Origin: Spirochaetales bacterium
GTDB lineage: Bacteria; Spirochaetota; GWE2-31-10
Assembly: GCA_017624275.1 (NCBI GenBank)
Contig: JAGANG010000020.1
Location: 15,866 to 79,865 of the forward strand
Reading direction: 5' to 3'
Length of the DNA stretch: 64,000 bases
The notes under the pieces are model-generated. The model had not been told where the DNA came from. It was given only the letters and a program-made list of their open reading frames with translations, and ran no database searches. Position numbers and translations under genes: made by a program. Shown in pieces: positions 47,132 to 56,525 of this stretch; position 1 is the first letter of the stretch, and each line of letters begins with the position of its first letter.

Positions 47132-49096
47132 ATGAGAAAAAAATATTTTATCGCTGTATTAGCTGTTATTTTTTGTTGTGCGATTTATTCACCGGCGAAT
47201 GCGTCGGATTCGGAAATTGCCAAAACCTATTTAAGGCGTGCAATGGCGAGTCGTGATAATCCGCAGATTTTATCACGTATGATTAATGAAGCAAAAGAAT
47301 ATGCGGCGTGTTTTCCGGAGTATGAATTTTTGCAATTGGAAAAATGTCATAAAGTCGGAGATTTTTATAATGCCGAAATGTATGTAAAAAACATGCTTGC
47401 AAAGCGAAATAAGGCTTTTTTATTGGATAGTTACGATATAGATTTGCAGGCGGCACAAACTTATCATCATTTACATTTTTATAAAGAAGCACTGCCTTTT
47501 TATAAATCGGCAGTTGCCGTAACCGGCAGACGAACAAAAGATAATTATTTGACATATTTGTCATGTTTATTTTCATCAGGTATTTCTGCATCAGGAATTT
47601 TGCCGGTTTTACGAGAAGCTTCCGCTCTTTTTTCCGATTCGGAAATTGTTTTTTATCAAACATTGTATTCTTTAAAAACGGCAACTGCATATTTCGGTAA
47701 TCCGACTGATTTGATTCGCCAACTTGAAAACAACGGTTATTTACCCCAAGAAATTCAATATTTGAAATCATTCCTTGTAAAGAATCAAAATGATTTAGGA
47801 AAATTTGTTGCTGATTTGGAACAAATGCAAGATATCAGTGCTAAATGGGGACGTAATATTGTTTACGGTTTGATGGAACGTTTTACTATTACGGATGAAA
47901 ATATATTAAGAAATTGTTTGTCGTTGTGGAAAAAATACGACGGAAATAGCGATGTGCGAACTTTTAGATTTTTGACATATTCTCCCCTTGCCGATTGGAT
48001 TAAGGCAAATGACGAATTCGCTTCGTGGGCGGTTTATACCGGTAAACGCATTGTGGATGTGGACGACAACGGTAATGCAGAATTGGTGATAAAGGTAAAA
48101 AACGGAATTGTCATCAATCGCAGTGAGGACAAAAATCAAGACGGAATCGTAGAAAGAGAATTTGTTTTTCATGATAACGGACGAATTGATACGATTTTTA
48201 CTCGTGAAAATAACAAAAATTTTTGGCGTTATAATTTTAACAAGTACGACAGCTCATTGTTGACTGTAGAAAATACTCGTGCCGGTGAAATTGCGGAAAA
48301 ATATTTTGTACGTAAAGGTGCTTTTGTTTTTAATGAAAGCCAGCCGCTTCCGATATTGCAAGATTCATTGCTTGACCGTCGTGAAGAATATTGGAACGGA
48401 CAAATATCTAAAAGTAAATTTGCCGACGGAAGAATAGTTTCACAAAAGAAAGACAAAGATTCTGACGGATATTTTGAATATTCGGCTGTTTTTACAAACG
48501 GAACAATATCGGAAGCGTTTATTGATACGGACAAAAACGGGGTTCCGGATTTACACGAAAATTATCAGAACGGAAAACTTGTACTGTGTGAATCGGGATA
48601 TTCCGGAACTACAGGTTTTTATTATTATAAAGAGATTTTTTCAGATAATAAAATTGAAAAATATTGGGATAACAATAAAGATTTGAAATATGAAATTTAT
48701 GAAAAAACATTGGCTGACGGCAATATCTGTTCGTATTTTGATATAAACAGTGACGGAATTTACGATTATATGCATGAAGGTATAGAAAACGGAAATTATG
48801 ATGTTTATACACTCAATTCAGACAGAACTAAAAAGCAAAAAATTAAGGCTGCGGTAAACAAAAAGCGTGTCGTAAAAGAGAAAGGCTGGACTGTGATTTC
48901 TTCACGTAATGCCGATTTGTTGCCTGTTCCCGATGAGATTTATTTCTTTGACACAAAATCAGAAAAGATGAACGGAACATTTTCTTATAAAAAGCAGAAA
49001 TTTTATTTTTCCGACGGATTGCTGAAATCTAAGGATTTTAGTTTTCGTTTATTGCGAAACGGCGAAAGGTTGTTTTTATTTGATTGTGAGGCATAA
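47132..49096 (+). CDS. secreted protein with N-terminal helical (TPR-like) region and five DxDxDG-type putative Ca-binding loops
   Basis: Signal peptide MRKKYFIAVLAVIFCCAIYSPANA. Loops VDDNGNAE, DKNQDGIVE, DKDSDGYFE, DTDKNGVPD, DINSDGIYD. Confidence 0.55.
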   Translation: MRKKYFIAVLAVIFCCAIYSPANASDSEIAKTYLRRAMASRDNPQILSRMINEAKEYAACFPEYEFLQLEKCHKVGDFYNAEMYVKNMLAKRNKAFLLDSYDIDLQAAQTYHHLHFYKEALPFYKSAVAVTGRRTKDNYLTYLSCLFSSGISASGILPVLREASALFSDSEIVFYQTLYSLKTATAYFGNPTDLIRQLENNGYLPQEIQYLKSFLVKNQNDLGKFVADLEQMQDISAKWGRNIVYGLMERFTITDENILRNCLSLWKKYDGNSDVRTFRFLTYSPLADWIKANDEFASWAVYTGKRIVDVDDNGNAELVIKVKNGIVINRSEDKNQDGIVEREFVFHDNGRIDTIFTRENNKNFWRYNFNKYDSSLLTVENTRAGEIAEKYFVRKGAFVFNESQPLPILQDSLLDRREEYWNGQISKSKFADGRIVSQKKDKDSDGYFEYSAVFTNGTISEAFIDTDKNGVPDLHENYQNGKLVLCESGYSGTTGFYYYKEIFSDNKIEKYWDNNKDLKYEIYEKTLADGNICSYFDINSDGIYDYMHEGIENGNYDVYTLNSDRTKKQKIKAAVNKKRVVKEKGWTVISSRNADLLPVPDEIYFFDTKSEKMNGTFSYKKQKFYFSDGLLKSKDFSFRLLRNGERLFLFDCEA

Positions 49097-49098
49097 TA

Positions 49099-50928
49099 AT
49101 GAAGAAAAAGAAGTGCGTTTCGATTGTTAAGCATTTCATTATATTTTTTATACTTTGCATTTGCGGTTGTAAAACGGTAAAAAGTAATTTTACGGCAGAA
49201 TACCCTTATAAAAGTGCAGCTGAAAATATTAATGCAAATATAAAGGATGATAATATTGAATCTCTTTCCAAAGGTTATATGGATGCGTTAAGAGAGTACA
49301 ATAAAAACAATTCGAGTGAAAATGCAGATTTAATTTTATCCATATCGGAACGCATGAATAATCTTTTGAAAACTTACACAGATGCAAAAAAATATGAACA
49401 GGCAGTAAATGTTGCCGATGTTTTGGTAAATTTGGGTATCGAAACAAGCGTTGCTTATGAGGAGTGCTACAGAAATTATCTTGCAGAGCTGGACGCATCG
49501 GATGATGTTGATAATTTTACGATTGAAAGTATAAAGAACCGAATGGGCGAAAAAGGGCTTCTTTCGGAAAAGGAAATAGCTTCACTTTTAGACGGATATT
49601 TTAAGCAAAACAGTTTGGGACTATTTTCTTATTATTTGAATTATTACAAAAAAAGTTACCCTACATTGCCGGCGAAGTTTCCTGATTTAGAAAAAAAATT
49701 CGGAATCTTACTTGATAATGCAGATACGCCGGATTTTGAAACATTGATGAAATCTGTAGTGACAGTAATTCTTGATAAAGGAATTGTAGTAAAAAACGGT
49801 GTCGGCGGTCAGGATAAATCATTAGGTACCGGTTTTTTTATTGACGGAAACGGCTATATTTTGACAAATCATCACGTTATAGCAGAACATGTGGATCCTG
49901 CATATAAAGGATATACGGCAGTGAGAGTTTCATTGCGTGACAATCCGGACACAGAGTATTCAGCAAAGGTTGTCGGTTGGGATAAAATTTATGATGTGGC
50001 ATTGTTAAAATTGCTCGGTCATAAAAACGATAATTTTTTAGTTCCGGGAATTTCCGGCAATATGAAAACCGGGGATAAGATTTTCACTATCGGGAATCCG
50101 TTGGGAATTCGTTATACTGTGACATCCGGTATTATTTCCAATCGAGAAATTGATATTTTTCAGATGGGACAAGCTTTTCAAGTGGATGCGGCAATTAATC
50201 CCGGAAATTCCGGCGGTCCGTTGATTGACGAGCGAGGTCAGGTTATAGGAATTGTATTTGCAGGTATTCCTCAATATGCCGGAATCAGTTTTGCAATACC
50301 TTTTGAATGGGTACGTCAAACTATTCCGCTGTTATATCGAGGCGGAGAAGTAAAACGCTCTTGGATGGGAGCCGGCATTTATCATGATCGTGAAAAAGAT
50401 AATTTGCAGTTTTATTATTTAATGCCCGGCGGAGGAGCTGATGAAGCCGGAATTTTACCGGATGATATTCTTGTGAGTATCAACGGTCACAAAGTTGTCA
50501 ATACGGCTCAGGCACAGGCTCTGACTGCATGGGAAAAAAACGGCGGAATAATCAGAGTAGGGATAAATCGCAAAGGGCAAAATATAGAATTGCCGGTTCG
50601 ATTGGATGTTCGACCGCAAATCCCGATGGAACAAATTTTTAAAAAAGATTCATATACAAATATCATAAAGTTGATTGCCGGAATGAAGGTCGAACAAACC
50701 AGAAAGAGATTCGGAACTCGTTATTACAAAATTGATTACATTTATAAAGGAATGCCGGCGTATTCACTCAATGTATCGGAAGGAGATCCGCTTACGGTTT
50801 ACGGAATGAAGTTTTTGGCAAAGGAAAAAGCCGTTGTGCTAAGTATTAATTATACAAATCGTGATGTATCTATGATGCAGCGAAATATTACTTTGGCACT
50901 GCCGGCAGAAATTAATAATTTGTTGTGA
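49099..50928 (+). CDS. HtrA/DegP-like trypsin-fold serine protease lipoprotein with N-terminal helical extension and PDZ-like region
   Basis: Lipobox ICGC. Catalytic triad contexts TNHHVI, DVALLKL, GNSGGPLID. PDZ-like GADEAGILPDDILVSINGHKV. Confidence 0.8.
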   Translation: MKKKKCVSIVKHFIIFFILCICGCKTVKSNFTAEYPYKSAAENINANIKDDNIESLSKGYMDALREYNKNNSSENADLILSISERMNNLLKTYTDAKKYEQAVNVADVLVNLGIETSVAYEECYRNYLAELDASDDVDNFTIESIKNRMGEKGLLSEKEIASLLDGYFKQNSLGLFSYYLNYYKKSYPTLPAKFPDLEKKFGILLDNADTPDFETLMKSVVTVILDKGIVVKNGVGGQDKSLGTGFFIDGNGYILTNHHVIAEHVDPAYKGYTAVRVSLRDNPDTEYSAKVVGWDKIYDVALLKLLGHKNDNFLVPGISGNMKTGDKIFTIGNPLGIRYTVTSGIISNREIDIFQMGQAFQVDAAINPGNSGGPLIDERGQVIGIVFAGIPQYAGISFAIPFEWVRQTIPLLYRGGEVKRSWMGAGIYHDREKDNLQFYYLMPGGGADEAGILPDDILVSINGHKVVNTAQAQALTAWEKNGGIIRVGINRKGQNIELPVRLDVRPQIPMEQIFKKDSYTNIIKLIAGMKVEQTRKRFGTRYYKIDYIYKGMPAYSLNVSEGDPLTVYGMKFLAKEKAVVLSINYTNRDVSMMQRNITLALPAEINNLL

Positions 50929-51473
50929 CAGATTCAAAAAAAGCTTTATTCTTGTTCCTATTATTTTATTCCGGTTTCTTTTTTGTTTCCGGATATTTTC
51001 GACAGGCGTTGTCGGTTGCGGTAGTTTTGCTGCTGGGACGAAAATATTTTTGTAACATTGAAAAACAGTTGTTGCAGTATTTTCTCTGTGCTGTAGGCGG
51101 AATGGCAATTTATTTTATTGCAAGTCGAATTGTGGCGGTGTTATCATTACCCGGCGGATATGAGGCTGCAAATTTTGATTTTAATGCAATATTCTTTTTA
51201 GATGTATTGATATTAACTCCGTTGGCGGAAGAATTACTTTTCAGAAGTTGTTTAAATGATGTCCTTGCGGAAAAGTTTTCATATTTTTTTATACCGCTAA
51301 GTGTGTTGTTGTTCGCTGCGGTTCATTTGTCGCAGGGAATCGGCGGAGCGTTTTTTGCAGCAGTGTGCGGGATAGGGCTTTCTTTTACATATAAAATGAA
51401 GAAAAAAATAATATTTTCTGTTATAATGCATTCATTTATCAATCTCGGCGGTTGTCTTGATTGTATTTTTTAA
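50925..51473 (+). CDS. CPBP-family (CAAX) intramembrane glutamic endopeptidase
   Basis: EELLFRS, FAAVHL and HSFINL motifs. GTG start overlaps the upstream stop (GTGA). Confidence 0.75.
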   Translation: MTDSKKALFLFLLFYSGFFFVSGYFRQALSVAVVLLLGRKYFCNIEKQLLQYFLCAVGGMAIYFIASRIVAVLSLPGGYEAANFDFNAIFFLDVLILTPLAEELLFRSCLNDVLAEKFSYFFIPLSVLLFAAVHLSQGIGGAFFAAVCGIGLSFTYKMKKKIIFSVIMHSFINLGGCLDCIF

Positions 51474-51497
51474 AAAGATATTAAGGAAAGTTTATAG

Positions 51498-52334
51498 ATG
51501 GATGCAATACAACCTGCTTCAGAAATATTTGATTCATTATCAAAACTGGGGCTGACTCAAAATGAAAGTAGAATTTTTTTATATTTAGCACAGAATCCGG
51601 GATCAAACGGGTACGAAATTTCTAAAAATACGGGAATTTCTCGTTCACTTGTTTATGGTGCATTGGAAAAAATGCGTGCAAACGGTGTAATAGAATTAAC
51701 ACAGACAAAATCGTCATCTTATTTGTTGAAACCGTTGTCAGAAATCCGTGATACCGTAAGTCAGGGAATCGGACGGGCTTTTGATGATTTGGAAAGCCAG
51801 CTTGCCGATATGAAACCGCTTCCGGCCGATGAACTTTTTGTAACGATTCAAGACAGAATGCATCAGCATGCAAAGTTGTCTTATATGATTCGCAGTGCCG
51901 AAAGGGTTCTTTTTATCAGTGCGGGAATAAATGAACTTGAATGGATCAGAAAAGAGTTATTACAAGTATCTCCGAGGGTCGCAGTTCATATTTTCAGCTT
52001 GTCAAAATTGACCGATTTCCCGCCTCACTTTCAATTGCATTCTAAAGGCATGGAAGAAAGTTTCATACAAAGTTTGGGAAATCTAAAAGACAGATGGCGT
52101 ATTTTGTTGATAAAAGATCGTACAGAAATGATGCTTTGCGGCGGAGATGAGCAACATAGCGGAACTGCGATTTATACAAAAAATAATATGATGGTAACTT
52201 TTGCAACGGAACATTTTGTTCATGATGTAAAAATTTCAAATATTGAACGCAATTATAATATCAAAGACTATACTGAAAATCTGTTCAATGAATATTCTCC
52301 GGAAAACTCTTGCGGAGAGGTCAGCAAATATTAA
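51498..52334 (+). CDS. TrmB-family transcriptional regulator
   Basis: N-terminal wHTH LGLTQNESRIFLYLAQNPGSNGYEISKNTGISRSLVYGALEKMRANGVIE. Confidence 0.7.
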   Translation: MDAIQPASEIFDSLSKLGLTQNESRIFLYLAQNPGSNGYEISKNTGISRSLVYGALEKMRANGVIELTQTKSSSYLLKPLSEIRDTVSQGIGRAFDDLESQLADMKPLPADELFVTIQDRMHQHAKLSYMIRSAERVLFISAGINELEWIRKELLQVSPRVAVHIFSLSKLTDFPPHFQLHSKGMEESFIQSLGNLKDRWRILLIKDRTEMMLCGGDEQHSGTAIYTKNNMMVTFATEHFVHDVKISNIERNYNIKDYTENLFNEYSPENSCGEVSKY

Positions 52335-52463
52335 TATTGACCGGCTTTTGTAGCTGTCTTTATTGTTTCTTTAATATTTTTTTTGTATATTCTTTGCCTA
52401 AAAGTGGGTAAGTAATCCTGTAAATTCAGATAAATTGATAAGTTCTTATGAAGGAGACACAAA

Positions 52464-53009
52464 ATGAAATGTGATGTATGCGGTAAACGAGATGCGGTAT
52501 TCCATATGCAAGAACAATCAGCAATGGGAATACGCAAAATAAGTTTGTGTATTGAATGTGCTCTTACTAAGGGGCTGAATATTCGTAAAGAAGATGTTGA
52601 TAAACTTTTTTCATCTTTTATTTCTAATATTTTTGCTGATGGCAACTCTGTGCCTGTAGATATGGCAAGTCAGGCTGCTGCCAGAATTTTAGATTTAAAA
52701 TGTCCTGAATGCGGAAAAACAGTGGAAAGTATAACAGAGACAAATGAAGTCGGTTGTACAAAGTGTTTTTCGTATTTCAGTTCTTTAATTGATGTGATAC
52801 TTGGAAATATGAATAATTCGTTAGATTATCGAGGAGAACTTCCTGTTGATTTACGTATGGAACATGATTGTAAGGTGGAAATTTTTAATCTTAAAAAACA
52901 GTTGAAACAATGTATTTCCATGGAAGATTTTACCAAGGCTGCGGAAATAAGAGATAAGATAAAAGCATTGCAAAACGAAGAATGTTCAGAAAAAGAGACA
53001 GAGGAATAA
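52464..53009 (+). CDS. mcsA: McsA-like protein (Zn-finger pairs plus UVR motif; protein-arginine-kinase activator family)
   Basis: CDVCGK...CIEC and CPECGK...CTKC. UVR-like EDFTKAAEIRDKIKALQ. Confidence 0.7.
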   Translation: MKCDVCGKRDAVFHMQEQSAMGIRKISLCIECALTKGLNIRKEDVDKLFSSFISNIFADGNSVPVDMASQAAARILDLKCPECGKTVESITETNEVGCTKCFSYFSSLIDVILGNMNNSLDYRGELPVDLRMEHDCKVEIFNLKKQLKQCISMEDFTKAAEIRDKIKALQNEECSEKETEE

Positions 53010-54067
53010 TGAGTAATATAGTAAAAAGTAATGAAATTATGAAACCGCATGTAGAACTGAAAGAAATGTTTATTAATCTCAGACTTATGCAGGTAAGAAA
53101 TTATGAAAAATATCCGTTTGTTTCTGCAATGTCGGAAGAATGCCGTAAGGAATTTGAAGAAGATTTTATAAACTATATTACCCGGAAAAAGCGAAATCTT
53201 ATTGTAAGTAATATAGATTCATTGAATAAAGAAAAAAGATTACAGCTTTACAGTCGCGGTTTGTGGCTGAAAGAATTGAATGATGAAAAGGATATTACGT
53301 TTATATATTCATATGCAAATGATATTGCAATAATCCTCAATTACAAAAATCATGTTACAATTCTTGCATCTACTCCTCAGCCGTTTTTTAAGAATGTTTA
53401 TAAAAAACTTGTCGAATTGGAAAAGAAAATCAGCGAGTATGCTCGTGTAAGTGTAAATGAACACTACGGATATATTTCGCCGCAGTTGAAAGATTGCGGA
53501 CTGGGTTTTAAAATTACTGCGTTAATGCATATTGTGTGGGTAAGAAATTTTAAATTTTTTGCTACAGAGAATAAAGAAATTGCAACGACTTTTGAAAAGG
53601 TTCAGGAAGATTTTTTTAACCGCGGTTATTTATTGGAAAAAAGCTACTTTGATAAAGTTGATTGTGATGATTTTTGTGAAATTTCTTCCAGATTCAATTA
53701 CGGAGTTACCGAACAGGAATTGATGGAACGCTTTGTGGAAGGGCTGAAAAGTTTTTTAGAGCTGGAACAAGATGCTGTTCGATTGTCTATGAGTGAAGTT
53801 CCCGAAGTTATGGAAGATGTGGTTTACAGAAGTCTGGGAATATTAAAATATGCTCGACTTTTGAGCCTGGACGAAGTTGTTCGTCACTGTGCCAATTTAC
53901 GAATGGGAATAAAAATGAAATTCCCGATACCATTGAGTTTGGATATGCTTAATGAATTGCAACAGGCGATTTTTAATTTTTATTTACCGGATGAAAATAA
54001 AGATATTCCGGCAAAACGAGCAGAACTTGTTCGTTCATTGTTGAAAGGAGATAATAATGCAGAGTAA
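53009..54067 (+). CDS. mcsB: McsB-like ATP:guanido phosphotransferase homologue with diverged catalytic motifs
   Basis: Compared by eye with my recollection of B. subtilis McsB, not a computed alignment: INLRLMQVRNYEKYPF ~ SRIRLARNFEHIRFP; ILNYKNHVTIL ~ MLNEEDHIRIQ; KDCGLGFKITALMH ~ TNVGTGLRASVMMH; EDVVYRSLGILKYAR ~ EDRVYRSYGVLSNCR. Confidence 0.65.
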   Translation: MSNIVKSNEIMKPHVELKEMFINLRLMQVRNYEKYPFVSAMSEECRKEFEEDFINYITRKKRNLIVSNIDSLNKEKRLQLYSRGLWLKELNDEKDITFIYSYANDIAIILNYKNHVTILASTPQPFFKNVYKKLVELEKKISEYARVSVNEHYGYISPQLKDCGLGFKITALMHIVWVRNFKFFATENKEIATTFEKVQEDFFNRGYLLEKSYFDKVDCDDFCEISSRFNYGVTEQELMERFVEGLKSFLELEQDAVRLSMSEVPEVMEDVVYRSLGILKYARLLSLDEVVRHCANLRMGIKMKFPIPLSLDMLNELQQAIFNFYLPDENKDIPAKRAELVRSLLKGDNNAE

Positions 54068-56525
54068 AGGATTCACGCCGGCAGCAGGTAAAGTATTGAC
54101 TGAGCTTGCACAAATTGAAGCAAGACGTTTTAATGCGGAAAAACTTTATCCGGATCATGTTGCGTTAGCTATTCTGAAAGAAAACAGAGGTGTTTCCGCC
54201 AGAATCCTTAAAGATAACGGTATTGATCCAAACGGGATTATTGCAGAAATAGAAAACGCACAAGAAATTACGAATGCACCGGTTTCATTGGGCGAATTGG
54301 CTCCGTCGAGTGCTTTGCAGCATGTAATAGAAATAAGTACTATAGAATCAAAACGAATGGGACATAATTATATCGGAACGGAACATTTGATTCTCGGTTG
54401 TATTATAGATTCAAACAGTCCGGTGTCGATTGCGTTTGGGCATCAGGGAATTACTCCGGAAAATTATAGAGATTATATAATCAAAACTGTAGGACACGGA
54501 AAAAATGAAATGCCCGAAAGAGGCGGTTCTAAAAGAAATTCTATTCTTGCGGAATTCGGACGTGATTTAAACGAAGTGGCAAAGTCCGGTAAAATGGATA
54601 AAGTCGTAGGGCGAGAAATAGAAATTCAGCGATTGATTCAAATACTTACACGTCGCAGAAAAAATAATCCGATTTTATTGGGAAATCCCGGTGTCGGTAA
54701 AACAGCAATTGTAGAAGGATTGGCACAAAAGATTATAAGTAAAAATGTACCGGACAATTTGTTGCGTAAAAGAATCATCGCCCTTGATATGGGAATGGTT
54801 GTAGCCGGTACTAAATATCGTGGAGAATTTGAGGATCGTTTAAAAAAGATTATGCGTGAAATCAAAGAATCCGGCGATGTGATTTTATTTATAGATGAGT
54901 TACACACTATTATCGGAGCCGGCGGTGCGGAAGGAGCAATGGATGCGTCTAATATGTTCAAGCCGGCATTGTCACGAGGTGAATTGCAATGTATCGGTGC
55001 TACAACTCTTGATGAATATCGCAAATATATAGAAAAAGACAGTGCGTTGGAACGACGTTTTCAAAGTTTGCTGGTGGAAGAAACATCGATTGAAGATACA
55101 ATAGAAATCTTAAACGGAACAAAACATCTTTATGAACGCCATCATAACGTTACTTATACACAAGAGGCGATACGTCAGGCTGTATTATTGAGCCAGCGGT
55201 ATATTTCGGAAAGATGTTTGCCCGACAAAGCAATAGATGTACTGGATGAAATCGGTGCGAAGATGAAGTTGAAATATTCTTCCAAACCTAAAGAAATTTT
55301 GGATATTGAAAATAAACTAAAAGAATTGGAAGAACGTAAAAATCAATACATAAAAGCTCAAGAATACGAAGCTTGTTCGCTTATAAAAGAAGAGCGGGAA
55401 AAGCTTATCGAACATAAAAATGCTTTGATGATTGCTTGGCAAAAAACTAATACAAAAGAGAATATTAAAGTAACGGAAAAAGACATTGCACAGTTTATGT
55501 CGTCTATTACAAAAATTCCGTTGTCAGAAATCGAAGCTGAAGAAAATGAAAAGCTTTTGAAATTAGAAGAAGAATTAGCAAAGCGTGTAATCGGTCAAGA
55601 AGAGGCTATTGCAGCGGTATCATCGGCTGTTCGTCGAGCACGACTCGGACTTACTTCACCGAAACGCCCGCTTGCATCTTTTATTTTTTTAGGGCCTACA
55701 GGTGTCGGTAAAACGGAACTTGCCAAGGCATTATCCAGAATGCTTTTGGGCAATGAAAATGCTCTTATCAGATTGGATATGTCTGATTTCATGGAAAAAC
55801 ATAATATGGCACGCCTTGTAGGAGCTCCTCCGGGATATGTCGGATATGAAGAGGGAGGGGCATTGACTGAAAAAATCAGACGTTCTCCTTATTCTATAGT
55901 GCTTTTTGATGAGATAGAAAAAGCACATCCGGATATTTTTAATTTGTTGTTGCAAATTCTTGAAGAAGGTGAATTGTCGGATAATTTAGGTCATGTGGTA
56001 TCTTTCCGTAATACGATAATTATTATGACATCGAATTTGGGAGCTCGTGAGATTAACAAAGACAACGTATTGGGATTCGGCGGTGTCGGAAATAATCCGG
56101 ATAGTGCTTTTAAAGATGTTAAAAACTCGGCTATTAATGAATTGAAACGCCATTTCAGTCCGGAATTTGTCAATCGTATTGATGAAACTATTGTATTTCA
56201 TCCTTTATCTAAAGAAAATCTCTATTTTATTATTGATGTTATGTTTAAAGAAACGGTTGATGTCCTTATGGAAAAACGCAAAATCGGAGTATTTCTTGAT
56301 ACCGGAGCGAAAGATTTTATTATCGATACTTATTATGACAGAAAATATGGAGCAAGACCTTTACGTCGTGCAATCCAAAAAGAAATTATCGATGTATTAT
56401 CAATCGACTTACTCAATAAAAGAATAGATGATAATGATATTATAAAAGTATATTGTGAAGATAAAAAAATCGTTTTAAGAAAAATGGAAACGTCAGAGGA
56501 AAATGAAAATAAAGAAGAAAGTTAG
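54057..56525 (+). CDS. clpC: ATP-dependent Clp protease ATP-binding subunit ClpC
   Basis: Clp_N repeats. Two AAA+ modules ([15 protein letters not shown]; [14 protein letters not shown]). Middle UVR-like coiled coil. Sensor and C-terminal D2-small domain. Confidence 0.9.
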   Translation: MQSKGFTPAAGKVLTELAQIEARRFNAEKLYPDHVALAILKENRGVSARILKDNGIDPNGIIAEIENAQEITNAPVSLGELAPSSALQHVIEISTIESKRMGHNYIGTEHLILGCIIDSNSPVSIAFGHQGITPENYRDYIIKTVGHGKNEMPERGGSKRNSILAEFGRDLNEVAKSGKMDKVVGREIEIQRLIQILTRRRKNNPILLGNPGVGKTAIVEGLAQKIISKNVPDNLLRKRIIALDMGMVVAGTKYRGEFEDRLKKIMREIKESGDVILFIDELHTIIGAGGAEGAMDASNMFKPALSRGELQCIGATTLDEYRKYIEKDSALERRFQSLLVEETSIEDTIEILNGTKHLYERHHNVTYTQEAIRQAVLLSQRYISERCLPDKAIDVLDEIGAKMKLKYSSKPKEILDIENKLKELEERKNQYIKAQEYEACSLIKEEREKLIEHKNALMIAWQKTNTKENIKVTEKDIAQFMSSITKIPLSEIEAEENEKLLKLEEELAKRVIGQEEAIAAVSSAVRRARLGLTSPKRPLASFIFLGPTGVGKTELAKALSRMLLGNENALIRLDMSDFMEKHNMARLVGAPPGYVGYEEGGALTEKIRRSPYSIVLFDEIEKAHPDIFNLLLQILEEGELSDNLGHVVSFRNTIIIMTSNLGAREINKDNVLGFGGVGNNPDSAFKDVKNSAINELKRHFSPEFVNRIDETIVFHPLSKENLYFIIDVMFKETVDVLMEKRKIGVFLDTGAKDFIIDTYYDRKYGARPLRRAIQKEIIDVLSIDLLNKRIDDNDIIKVYCEDKKIVLRKMETSEENENKEES

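Noticed and set aside
52335-52463. CtsR operator upstream of mcsA
   Set aside because: There is only a single GGTCAAT-like half-site (reverse strand near 52345) and no tandem heptad repeat. It is not called as a CtsR box.
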